Below are positions 1 through 7,809 of a stretch of DNA of 62,516 bases, one piece after another (the stretch's first letter is position 1; every line of letters begins with the position of its first letter). The position numbers and the translations under genes were made by a program. The DNA comes from a virus (taxonomy: Duplodnaviria > Caudoviricetes). The stretch covers positions 1 through 62,516 of the IMG/VR virus record IMGVR_UViG_3300037313_000418. One strand, given 5' to 3'. The notes beneath the pieces are model-generated. The model saw nothing but the letters and a program-made list of their open reading frames with translations. It made no database searches and was not told where the DNA came from.

Positions 1-297
1 GCATACGGTTGTCGCCTTGCTGCTGGTATCGCAGCGGCAGAGGGCAACAGTGTGCTTGGGGTGGGCGTGCTCGTGGCGACCCCAAACGAATGCCTCCTTC
101 GCGTAAATTTCGTCTGGATGCAGGTAGCCAACCACTTCCACCTTGGCAGGCTGTACAGGCGCGGCATCGAGGGCGGCGAGTGCGTAATCATGCATTTGCT
201 CTGCGGTGTATAGCGGTTCGCTGCCGTCGCTATAGCCGTTGTAGTTCGTGTAAGGCAGGGGTGGCAGCACTTGCTGTTTCAGTGTGTTGTCAGTCAT
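1..297 (-). CDS. Modular accessory protein, partial (runs off window); alternative allele of 59673-61238
   Basis: Starts MTDNTLKQQVLPPLPYTNYNGYSDGSEPLYTAEQ; 132-297 is nearly identical to 61073-61238. Confidence 0.75.
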   Translation of the reverse strand, partial: MTDNTLKQQVLPPLPYTNYNGYSDGSEPLYTAEQMHDYALAALDAAPVQPAKVEVVGYLHPDEIYAKEAFVWGRHEHAHPKHTVALCRCDTSSKATTVC

Positions 298-559
298 GGC
301 TGTCCCTCGATTTCAACATGGCATCGGCAATTTTGTATGCGCCATCAGTGATGTGGTGCGGGCCGCAACCTGGCAATAGGTCGGGCGTAGGATTCATGAT
401 GAATGCCTGCATCGCCTTGGCTGCGAAGTAATCACGAACAGTAAGCCCGCCGTGAACCATTGCCTCTGGCTCCCATTCCGTGCTGCCATCCATTTCTACG
501 CGGACGCAACGCAGCTCTACAACTTGGCCAAATGCTGGCCCGCCTGTTTTCTCGTCCAT
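290..559 (-). CDS. Phage hypothetical protein (GLTVRDYFAAKAMQ motif family)
   Basis: Recurrent phage motif GGPAF...RDYFAAKAMQ...AYKIADAML; purine-rich RBS upstream. Confidence 0.75.
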   Translation of the reverse strand: MDEKTGGPAFGQVVELRCVRVEMDGSTEWEPEAMVHGGLTVRDYFAAKAMQAFIMNPTPDLLPGCGPHHITDGAYKIADAMLKSRDSHD

Positions 560-560
560 A

Positions 561-1862
561 TCACCCCTCCCTCTTATCCGACTGCACCGACTGCTGGCGA
601 AGGGCGGCGATTGTCTTACCGCAGTGATGGCAAAAGTTCATACTATGTTCAGCAGGGGTGCCGCCCTCAGGGAAATGCCACGCCTGCCCGCAACCAGTTT
701 GCCAGCAGTAGTCGTCACCATCGAAATGCCATTCGCAAGCCTCCGCATCCTTGCTGTCCTGCTGGGAGAGGGCGGCCTCCAGTTCCACAATACGCGCATC
801 GGCTTCCGCCTTGAGTCGGCCCGGCGTTTTGCCGTTGACGTTTTGCAGCGTGACCAGCAGATTCAGGCCGTCCGGCGTGGTGAAGCCGATTTCCAGATAG
901 TTCGCGCCGCCTTTCTCGCGGAACTGGTCGGCAAAAGCAGCCGCGAGAACTTGGCTTGCGCCGCCTTCTAAAGCCATGTTTATACCGCCATCTTTTATCG
1001 AAATTTCACGCAGCATAGTGGCAGCGCTAACCTTGTCGGCAAGCGCTTCCCGCAGCTTCGCGTTTTCTTCTTCCAGTTCGTTTATCCGCTCATCCTGTGC
1101 TGGCGTGGCGGCTGCTGCACCAAGTTTGAGGCGCGCTTCAATTTCTTCGCATGCGGTTTCCATGCCGCCACGGAACTGTGCGTCTTCAAGCAGGCTGGCA
1201 GCGGCACGAGTTCCCGCTATCGCTTGGCGCACGGCTTCCCACACCAATGCCTCGGCAAGCTCGATGCACTGGTCGCACGAAATATCCTCGTCGGTTTGCT
1301 GCGGCGTGGCGGCAGCAAGGTAGTCACGCAGGAACCTTGCGCTATCGCAGGTGGCGGTGGTTTCCGAGTAATGGCACACATCACATACCGACATTTCATT
1401 GTCGAATGCTTGCGCCAGATAGTTCAGCATGTCGCGGTCATTGCGAATGCCCAGCGGCGGAAGCAAGTCCACATCCTGCCCGCCTGCATTTGCAGCCGCA
1501 CTGGCGGCAGTAGGGCCGTCATACAGCGCCACCATGCCGTCGCTATGCTCCTTGTGCAGCATCATGCCGCGCCCAGCGATGAGCGGATCAGCCAGCTTTT
1601 GCAGTTCGTCGGCGCGCGCATAGGCAATAGGCTGCCCGCCTGCATTGGCGGCTGGCGTGACTGGGGCGGATTGCAGGGCGAGATCGGCGCGGACGTATTC
1701 AATGTCATTGTCGTGCTGGATGTCCTCGCACCAGCAGATTTCATCGGTGTCATCCTTGTATTTTGGGATGGGCATGCCATCGGCGCTGTGCTGGAGCCAA
1801 ATGCGCTCAGGCCACGTTTTCAGGTTTTCCACTGCCTGCTGCTTGTCTTGTTCGTTGCTCAC
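561..1862 (-). CDS. Modular accessory protein with C-terminal Zn-ribbon (CGQAW...FCHHCGK)
   Basis: 433-aa ORF of short domains joined by Ala/Pro/Gln linkers; shares modules with 61713-62516. Confidence 0.8.
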   Translation of the reverse strand: MSNEQDKQQAVENLKTWPERIWLQHSADGMPIPKYKDDTDEICWCEDIQHDNDIEYVRADLALQSAPVTPAANAGGQPIAYARADELQKLADPLIAGRGMMLHKEHSDGMVALYDGPTAASAAANAGGQDVDLLPPLGIRNDRDMLNYLAQAFDNEMSVCDVCHYSETTATCDSARFLRDYLAAATPQQTDEDISCDQCIELAEALVWEAVRQAIAGTRAAASLLEDAQFRGGMETACEEIEARLKLGAAAATPAQDERINELEEENAKLREALADKVSAATMLREISIKDGGINMALEGGASQVLAAAFADQFREKGGANYLEIGFTTPDGLNLLVTLQNVNGKTPGRLKAEADARIVELEAALSQQDSKDAEACEWHFDGDDYCWQTGCGQAWHFPEGGTPAEHSMNFCHHCGKTIAALRQQSVQSDKREG

Positions 1863-1883
1863 TTCATTCCCCCTTAATAATTT

Positions 1884-2090
1884 TCATCTGTCGATAATTG
1901 CCACAGCACCCAGCAGACAAACACCACAATCAGCACAGTCAGCAGGCTTAGCGCTATCTTCATCGTCTATCTCCGCATCGCATATCTGACATTCCTCGTC
2001 CACGCTGACACCATGCGAACAGGCTAGATCGGCATCGAACCAGTCTGCTAGCGTGGCGGCGTAGTCGAGGCCAGGCACTATCCGCTCCAC
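1884..2090 (-). CDS. Small Cys-rich hypothetical protein
   Basis: In operon order, overlaps the ninB stop; CxxC pairs. Confidence 0.45.
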   Translation of the reverse strand: MERIVPGLDYAATLADWFDADLACSHGVSVDEECQICDAEIDDEDSAKPADCADCGVCLLGAVAIIDR

Positions 2091-2449
2091 TTCACGCCAC
2101 GTTCAGCGCCGAATGCCGCGATCAGTTCCAGCAAGTCCGAGAACTCGCGCTTCGTCATGTTGCTAGTCGATTGGCCCAACACTACAAAGCCGGTTCCATC
2201 CAGGTTCGGCACCACGTCTTGCCGCTTCAGGCTGCTGCTGAAAATGTGCTTCCAGCTCTCGGCGTCCAGGTAGCGGCCATGCCAAACCACTTGCGCTGAT
2301 ATGTCGGACAAGTATCCCCATAGAGCCGCGTTCTGCTCCAGGTTGCGAGTTGCTGGCGACACTCGCACCACATAGCCGACAGGTGCCGCGTGAATCGCGC
2401 CGGCTATGTGATTGCGGTTCGTGTCGGTGACGGTGAAGAACTGCTTCAT
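2078..2449 (-). CDS. ninB: NinB/Orf-family recombination protein
   Basis: TRNLEQNAALWGYLSDIS...WK...GQSTSNMTKREFSDLLELIAAFGAERGVKW. Confidence 0.85.
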   Translation of the reverse strand: MKQFFTVTDTNRNHIAGAIHAAPVGYVVRVSPATRNLEQNAALWGYLSDISAQVVWHGRYLDAESWKHIFSSSLKRQDVVPNLDGTGFVVLGQSTSNMTKREFSDLLELIAAFGAERGVKWSG

Positions 2450-2952
2450 CAGCGAATGTCCAGCCTCGTTCCTTGTGCCAGCATCGCACCAGGCACTTCC
2501 ACGCCAGCCTTGAGCGCATCCTTGATTGCAGTCTTATCCGGCGATGGCGGTGGTGGCTCAGGCTGACGCATGAACTCCGCAGGGATCAGGCCCGGCTCGA
2601 AAATATCCACGCTGGCCGGGTTGCTTTTGATCGCCAGGGCGAAGTGCGGGCAGTCGATTTTTTTCACACCCGCGATTTCCATGCAGGTTTTCAGGTATTC
2701 GCGCACATGGGCGGCGCGGTTCTCGATACGCTTGCGGCGCTCGGCCATTTCCTTTTCGGCGGCCTTGATGGCTTCCGCCGTGGCTTCCAAGTTCTTGACG
2801 GCATAGGCCACGTTCTGCGCCTTGACTTCGAGCGGATAAGACTCCGCTTCGATGGTGTCGGCAATGGCTACCTGATCGTCTTGCGCATCCATCAGGCGAT
2901 CTACCATTGCGCGGTATTCGGCGGCGATGTGATAAAGGGCTAGTGCGGTCAT
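2449..2952 (-). CDS. Siphovirus Gp157-family protein
   Basis: LYHIA start, coiled coil, SNPASV...PDKTAIKDALKAGVEVPGA.L. Confidence 0.85.
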   Translation of the reverse strand: MTALALYHIAAEYRAMVDRLMDAQDDQVAIADTIEAESYPLEVKAQNVAYAVKNLEATAEAIKAAEKEMAERRKRIENRAAHVREYLKTCMEIAGVKKIDCPHFALAIKSNPASVDIFEPGLIPAEFMRQPEPPPPSPDKTAIKDALKAGVEVPGAMLAQGTRLDIR

Positions 2953-2960
2953 GGCTTGCC

Positions 2961-3338
2961 TCAGAACGGGATTTCGTCGGGAAACGACTCATCATTGCGA
3001 GAGTTAGGCTGCTGGCGTTTCGTTGGCGCATCTTCGCGCTTGCCGCCTTGCAGAGCAACGTCAGCAACACGTACATCCATCTGCTTGCGCTTGTTGCCCT
3101 CCTTGTCCGTCCATTCGCGCTCAGTCACGTTGCCGCTGATCGTGACCGACTGGCCTTTGACGAGGTAAGGCGCGAGCGATTCGGCGCGTTTGCCATACAA
3201 GGCGCAATTCCAGAAAATTGCTGGCTTATCCTTGCCTTGATTGTCAGCGACGGCAAAGTTAGCAACGGCGTCGCCGCCCGGAGTGAAGCGCACTTCGGCG
3301 TCACGTGTGATGTTCCCTGCTAGGCAAATAACGTTCAT
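2961..3338 (-). CDS. ssb: Single-stranded DNA-binding protein
   Basis: GNITRDAEVRFT OB-fold start; acidic DEIPF C-terminus. Confidence 0.95.
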   Translation of the reverse strand: MNVICLAGNITRDAEVRFTPGGDAVANFAVADNQGKDKPAIFWNCALYGKRAESLAPYLVKGQSVTISGNVTEREWTDKEGNKRKQMDVRVADVALQGGKREDAPTKRQQPNSRNDESFPDEIPF

Positions 3339-3346
3339 GGCTTTCC

Positions 3347-3964
3347 TTAGTTGGTTACTTCGAGATCGGTCTTGCGGGCTTCATACGCGGCTTGCAAGAC
3401 TTTCCGCGCTGTCGCGTCTGCTCGCTTCCATGCGCCGGCATAAACGCCTTTTAGAGCCTCCATGTCGTCGCATTCAAGCATGGCAGTGCAGCAGGCATCG
3501 ACTTCATGTTCGGGCATCAATGCAGGTTTTGGCTGTGCTTTAACGGTCGCCTGCTGTGCAGGCTTGGCCGGAGCGTGCGAAGCGGCGTTGCCGTCGTCGT
3601 CGTCCTGGTACAACCCGGTAATCGCCGCCAGCGCATAGCGGCGGGCGTATGTCATGGCACTGCCGTACCCTTGCGGATCGTTCTTCGGCAGCGGCACAGT
3701 CGCCGTGTCCTCGATCCATTCGCCGGACGAGTGAACCAAGCGTGTAGTTAGGGCGAGGGTGCCAGGCTCAGACGGAGAGGGCGCTTGCAGGAACATGATT
3801 CCCTGCTCGTTCAGCGCAGGTTTGATCGCGTCGATCACTGCCGGCAGATCGGCGTAAGTGCTCTTGAAGTGCGGGTTCTTCGCATCCTTCGTTGCAAAGG
3901 TAATCGCCTTTTGCGCGGCTACCAGTGCCGGCGCGATCTTGTTGATGGTTTCGCTTGTTTTCAT
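3347..3964 (-). CDS. erf: ERF-family single-strand annealing recombinase
   Basis: KDAKNPHFKSTYADL...QGYGSAMTYARRYALAAITGLYQDDDDG. Confidence 0.9.
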   Translation of the reverse strand: MKTSETINKIAPALVAAQKAITFATKDAKNPHFKSTYADLPAVIDAIKPALNEQGIMFLQAPSPSEPGTLALTTRLVHSSGEWIEDTATVPLPKNDPQGYGSAMTYARRYALAAITGLYQDDDDGNAASHAPAKPAQQATVKAQPKPALMPEHEVDACCTAMLECDDMEALKGVYAGAWKRADATARKVLQAAYEARKTDLEVTN

Positions 3965-4098
3965 TCGATTCCTCGTAAAGTAAGTATTGCTGCTCTTCTT
4001 CCTGCTCCTGCTGCTGCCGCCAATCAGCGCCGCTCATTGCAGCCTCCGTAATAGTCGCCGGATCAAATACCGAATCCGGCCCGCCAAGCATGTGTGAA

Positions 4099-4272
4099 TC
4101 ATTGCCGCGTCACCTGCTTATCCAGAATCCACTTGCTGCCGCCTGGAGCATTGCGCAGGTACTGAACTGCTTCTGCCCACTGGCGGCGAGCATGGCGCAC
4201 GGCTGACGGTTCGGTGTAGTCGGTGCGCGGGAATACACGGCAGGCGCGTTTAAACATTTGCAGGTTGCTCAT
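4099..4272 (-). CDS. 57-aa hypothetical protein (below ORF-track cutoff)
   Basis: MSNLQMFKRACRVFP...KWILDKQVTRQ; ATGA overlap with the upstream gene. Confidence 0.6.
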   Translation of the reverse strand: MSNLQMFKRACRVFPRTDYTEPSAVRHARRQWAEAVQYLRNAPGGSKWILDKQVTRQ

Positions 4273-4565
4273 GCAGCACCTGCTTCAGTCGGCGCAGGCA
4301 GGCACTTCAGGTCAGCAATGCGCGACTTGATGGCGCGGCTTTGCTTCATGAACTCGTCGCTGATGCTGGTCAGCTTCTTTTCCAGCATGTCGATTTCGCC
4401 CGTAACCCGGTTAAAGCCCTCCGGGATTTCAAAGTCGATTTCCGTCTCAACCGGGCCGACATTGATATAGCCGTATTGCGTCATATCTGAGGCGACAAAG
4501 CGCGGATTGTCATCGTGCGGTGCGAGCTGCACAAAGCCATCGATCTTGATCTTCACTGTTGCCAT
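4269..4565 (-). CDS. Hypothetical protein
   Basis: RBS GGGAGA; C-terminal coiled coil; operon context. Confidence 0.7.
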   Translation of the reverse strand: MATVKIKIDGFVQLAPHDDNPRFVASDMTQYGYINVGPVETEIDFEIPEGFNRVTGEIDMLEKKLTSISDEFMKQSRAIKSRIADLKCLPAPTEAGAA

Positions 4566-4577
4566 GCTCTTCTCCCG

Positions 4578-4793
4578 TTAGACGACTTCATGTGCTGCGT
4601 ACTTCGGAGTCATCGCCTGATAATCATCACGCGCAGTTTTTCCGCATTCGCCACACTCCATCGCCGGAATCACGTTCTCATGAAAGTTGGCGTCGTCGTA
4701 ACCGCTGCCGCGCTTTTCGTGTCCGCAGTGTTCGCATTCATAAACTGCGTAGAAGTCGCGGCGGCTTTGGCTCTCAATACGTTTGATTTTCAT
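4578..4793 (-). CDS. Zn-ribbon protein (CEHC...CGEC)
   Basis: Two CxxC pairs; RBS GGGAGA. Confidence 0.75.
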   Translation of the reverse strand: MKIKRIESQSRRDFYAVYECEHCGHEKRGSGYDDANFHENVIPAMECGECGKTARDDYQAMTPKYAAHEVV

Positions 4794-4832
4794 TTCTTCT
4801 TCTCCCTATCTAGTTATTCGACGGCAGTAGTA

Positions 4833-4995
4833 ATCAACAAGTCAGGGGGGCAGGGGCGCTCACCCTGCTTGCGTTGCCCGAGGAATTTCAACTACGCCAC
4901 TGCTCCCCGTATTCCCTATCACGCGCTTTAGGCTGCGCTACCAACTTAAAGGCTGCCTCGTGGATGCTTCGCCACGCCGCCCCTGACTTGTTGAT
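4833..4995 (-). ncRNA. Candidate tRNA-like structured RNA
   Basis: Perfect 16-bp inverted repeat (4833-4848 with 4980-4995) closes the element; T-arm-like hairpin abuts the 3' strand; lies in a ~520-bp gap without a convincing CDS. Confidence 0.5.
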
Positions 4996-5314
4996 GCTCG
5001 TCTTTCCGAGCTGCCACCCAACAGGCAGGGTTTGCCCCGCTTTCGCGGCCTTCATGGGCCTAATGCCCCTCTTGGTGTTCGTGCCGTCTCTCCGGCTGTC
5101 TCGCCCTTCGCCATTGACCAGAACAAAAAGTGAACCAATCAAGCGTTTTCTACCGTCAGTCTCGCGTGGAGCGTTCACACCTCATTACAGGGACGGTCCC
5201 CGCCAGCAGTTATCGGATCGTCATGCTGGTAAGCCCCCATCGCAACCTCCGAGGCAGAATCTTTGCCCGTACACAGGAGCAAGTGGCCGAGTGCGCATCG
5301 GCGTAGCGTGGTGA

Positions 5315-5650
5315 TCAACCGAGCAGCGACTCAAAGACCTTTTTTCGATCCCATGAATTTTTCAGGTTCTCGGCCACAGCGGCAGTCATGCCCTTAACAA
5401 CCTCGTCAACAATCGCTGGCCCAAGCTTCACGCCGACACCAACTAGGCCATCCTTGCCCTCAATTAGCGCGGTTGTAATTTCGGGGATCACGTTCTCCTT
5501 GATCCATTGTTCCGTGTGAGCCTTAACCTGCTGAGCGCAAGCCTGCTTCATTTCATATGTGATGGACTGTTTAAGCTCATCCTTAATCGACTGAATAATC
5601 GACGGCTTTGCAGACTCCAAAAGCTCATTTACCTGTTCCTGTGTAAGCAT
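5315..5650 (-). CDS. Hypothetical helical protein
   Basis: Start MLTQEQV chosen from RBS AAGGGAG. Confidence 0.7.
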   Translation of the reverse strand: MLTQEQVNELLESAKPSIIQSIKDELKQSITYEMKQACAQQVKAHTEQWIKENVIPEITTALIEGKDGLVGVGVKLGPAIVDEVVKGMTAAVAENLKNSWDRKKVFESLLG

Positions 5651-5696
5651 TTCTTTTCTCCCTTGGTTATTCAAAATTTCCCGTTTATTGTTGTGT

Positions 5697-5978
5697 TCAG
5701 TAACCCGCCATCGCTTCTTGGCGATCCAGTGAGCGGTTGTATGCAATGGTTTCCTGATCATCCCTAAGCTTCTTTGCCAGCTCTGCGTCAATCGCCCTGT
5801 CGAAGTCGTTGTGATCAGCGAGGCCGAAAATCTCAGCCAGATCCACGTTCGACCCCTGCAACGTCACGCCAGCCAGGTTGCCGCCGTTATCCACGTACAG
5901 CGCGAGCATCACGCCGCTGAAGTGCTGGTGGTTGCAGCAGAAGCGGGCGTCTTTGTCGAGGATCGGCTGCGGCTTCAT
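5697..5978 (-). CDS. Hypothetical protein
   Basis: RBS GGAG; directly follows 5980-6219. Confidence 0.65.
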   Translation of the reverse strand: MKPQPILDKDARFCCNHQHFSGVMLALYVDNGGNLAGVTLQGSNVDLAEIFGLADHNDFDRAIDAELAKKLRDDQETIAYNRSLDRQEAMAGY

Positions 5979-5979
5979 G

Positions 5980-6219
5980 TCAGGCTCCAGCTTTGGCTAG
6001 GGCAACGATGTCGAAATCAGTTTCGCGACCTTGCGCATACCGTCCAGCTTCAGAGAAGGATGCGATGCGAATATGATTTCCTTCCGCATCAAGAATGTCC
6101 CCAAAGTAGCGGCCGTCGTAATCATCTAGATGTCGGATCGCGACGGTGTTGCCGGCTCTTGTTATGTATGTTTCGCCAACAGACATTGTCATCGGCACTG
6201 CTGCTTGTGCTGTTGCCAT
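5980..6219 (-). CDS. First gene of the PL operon, hypothetical
   Basis: Start MATAQAA after GGGAGA; downstream of PL. Confidence 0.7.
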   Translation of the reverse strand: MATAQAAVPMTMSVGETYITRAGNTVAIRHLDDYDGRYFGDILDAEGNHIRIASFSEAGRYAQGRETDFDIVALAKAGA

Positions 6220-6275
6220 CTTCCATCTCCCTGTCACTTGCCGCCTGGGGCGGGTTGTTTTGATTCGATGAAGCA

Positions 6276-6315
6276 ATTATGCGCTAGAAAAACTAGTAAG
6301 ACAAGAAAAACTAGT
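6276..6315 (-). promoter_or_regulatory. PL promoter with two CI/Cro operators (OL)
   Basis: Minus strand TTGTCT-N17-CATAAT; operators GCTAGAAAAACTAGT (6283-6297) and ACAAGAAAAACTAGT (6301-6315) match the OR palindrome ACTAG-N5-CTAGT. Confidence 0.8.
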
Positions 6316-6376
6316 ATAAAAGAAAGTAATTAAGCAAGCTTGTTACTCGATATTTTTTGAATATGCTGAGGTTTGC

Positions 6377-6402
6377 AAAGAAATACCGGCAAGGGGCCGG
6401 TA
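6377..6402 (-). terminator. Intrinsic terminator after the 6425-6721 gene
   Basis: TACCGGC-loop-GCCGGTA followed by TTTCTTT on the minus strand. Confidence 0.7.
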
Positions 6403-6424
6403 CATGGGCAGTTTGCGACGCGGA

Positions 6425-6721
6425 TTAATGCGTCGTGTTTGCCGCCTCTTTTAGAGCGATGGGGATGAGATGATTTATTTCGTTGCCAAGATCAGCAAGC
6501 AGCCACCTTGCATTGTTTTTCGTTGCGGTGTTCTGGTGCTCAAACCCTTCCATAGCCATCAAGCTGGCCAGGGCTGCTAATTGTGCTGCGCGCATGGCTA
6601 AATAGTCCCCGGCATCTCCATCAAAAACAGAAACCTGCATTCCCGGGAAATTTGAATACACGCCCAAAAGTTTTTGGCTTTCCGGTGGTTTTGCGGCGTT
6701 GCTTACTTGCTGTGCTTCCAT
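6425..6721 (-). CDS. SOS-regulated small protein, candidate antirepressor
   Basis: RBS AGGAG; LexA box ~40 bp upstream; own terminator; function inferred from context only. Confidence 0.6.
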   Translation of the reverse strand: MEAQQVSNAAKPPESQKLLGVYSNFPGMQVSVFDGDAGDYLAMRAAQLAALASLMAMEGFEHQNTATKNNARWLLADLGNEINHLIPIALKEAANTTH

Positions 6722-6759
6722 CCACATCTCCTGCTCACAAAAATGTTGTAACGACTTAT

Positions 6760-6779
6760 TACTGTATAAGCATACAGTA
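6760..6779. promoter_or_regulatory. LexA (SOS) box
   Basis: TACTGTATAAGCATACAGTA matches the proteobacterial CTGT-N8-ACAG consensus. Confidence 0.9.
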
Positions 6780-6875
6780 TTATTTTAATGATTGTACCCC
6801 TAAAGAGTGTCATCAGGGCAATAATTACACGGTGTAACTATTCGTGTCTATTGTTGATAGATACACTTTGCGGCT

Positions 6876-7136
6876 ATGAGAGACATAGCCCCGTTTGGCC
6901 TGCGCATTCCTGCTGACCTAAAGAAGCAACTTGAAGAAGGGGCGAAGAAGAATCTACGCTCGCTTAATGCTGAAATGATCGTGCGTCTGAGTGACAGTTT
7001 TGAACGCAGACCGCTCGCGGATTATTCGGACGGTGATCTGGTGGCAGAGCTAATGAACAGATACGAGCGCGGTGAAATCTATATTCGACTCGGCAGGCAA
7101 TTACCAGAGGATAAGGATGGCGGCGTAAGGCGTTAA
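6876..7136 (+). CDS. Arc/Mnt-family ribbon-helix-helix regulator
   Basis: PFGLRIPADLKKQLEEGAKKNLRSLNAEMIVRLSDSF; palindrome TTACACGGTGTAA at 6825-6837 upstream. Confidence 0.9.
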   Translation: MRDIAPFGLRIPADLKKQLEEGAKKNLRSLNAEMIVRLSDSFERRPLADYSDGDLVAELMNRYERGEIYIRLGRQLPEDKDGGVRR

Positions 7137-7316
7137 TGCCGCAGATACGCAACGCCATGACAATAAAAACCGGCTTAATCTATTCACTTCTCATTAATGA
7201 GAATTCAGGGGCTAGTCACCGTTTGAGCGAGCAACAACTTTGATATCCAACAGCCACGCCATGAGGTGGCTGGAATAGCATCAGCGCATTGTTCTTTTAA
7301 TAAAGAGTGCTGACGC

Positions 7317-7625
7317 ATGGCCCATGCCAAAACCTACGACAAAATTGCACCCATAGCAGAAGAACTAAGGCGCACGCTTCCAGGGGAAAAAGCGGGAGAA
7401 GTGCTTGGGGTGAGTGTGAGCCAGATGCGGCGGATTATGGCAAAGGCGAAGCGGGATGCCGCCATGCCACCTTGGACGGCTGGGCTCGACATCCGCACGG
7501 CTAATGTCCTGCTGGCGGCCGGCTTCACTGATAAAGACCAAGTGCGAGAAGCGATCCAGCGGGGCAGGGATATCCCGTGGTTGAAGGCTTTGAGGTTGGA
7601 AATCGTCAGGCGGTGGCTGGAGTAA
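7317..7625 (+). CDS. HTH protein with RNAP alpha-CTD-like C-terminal region
   Basis: AGEVLGVSVSQMRRI (HTH); GLDIRTANVLLAAGF resembles the alpha-CTD L-x-x-R-(S/T)-A-N-x-L motif. Confidence 0.55.
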   Translation: MAHAKTYDKIAPIAEELRRTLPGEKAGEVLGVSVSQMRRIMAKAKRDAAMPPWTAGLDIRTANVLLAAGFTDKDQVREAIQRGRDIPWLKALRLEIVRRWLE

Positions 7626-7626
7626 T

Positions 7627-7652
7627 AAAAAACCGGCCTGAGCCGGTTTCTT
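7627..7652. terminator. Bidirectional intrinsic terminator
   Basis: AAAAAACCGGC-CTGA-GCCGGTTTCTT between convergent genes. Confidence 0.8.
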
Positions 7653-7655
7653 GGG

Positions 7656-7769
7656 TTACTTCATCGGTGCCGATCGCCAATGCTGGCGTACGAACTGCGG
7701 CCGGCCATAACTGAAGCGGGTATAGGCTGAAACGAAGACGGATTTGTGATTTAAATGTGATTTGGCCAT
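7656..7769 (-). CDS. 37-aa basic peptide (not in ORF track)
   Basis: MAKSHLNHKSVFVSAYTRFSYGRPQFVRQHWRSAPMK; ends just before a terminator; CII-type site upstream. Confidence 0.6.
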   Translation of the reverse strand: MAKSHLNHKSVFVSAYTRFSYGRPQFVRQHWRSAPMK

Positions 7770-7809
7770 GCTTATTTGCTTGAAAGGTTGACGTCGTTGA
7801 CGGGAACCC

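Noticed and set aside
1-1427. Virion direct terminal repeats
   Set aside because: The two ends are mosaic rather than identical, and the exact match is to an internal position, not to base 1.
4888-5178. 96-aa minus-strand ORF in the PL operon gap
   Set aside because: It is not protein-like and overlaps strong RNA structure; treated as non-coding, though not excluded.
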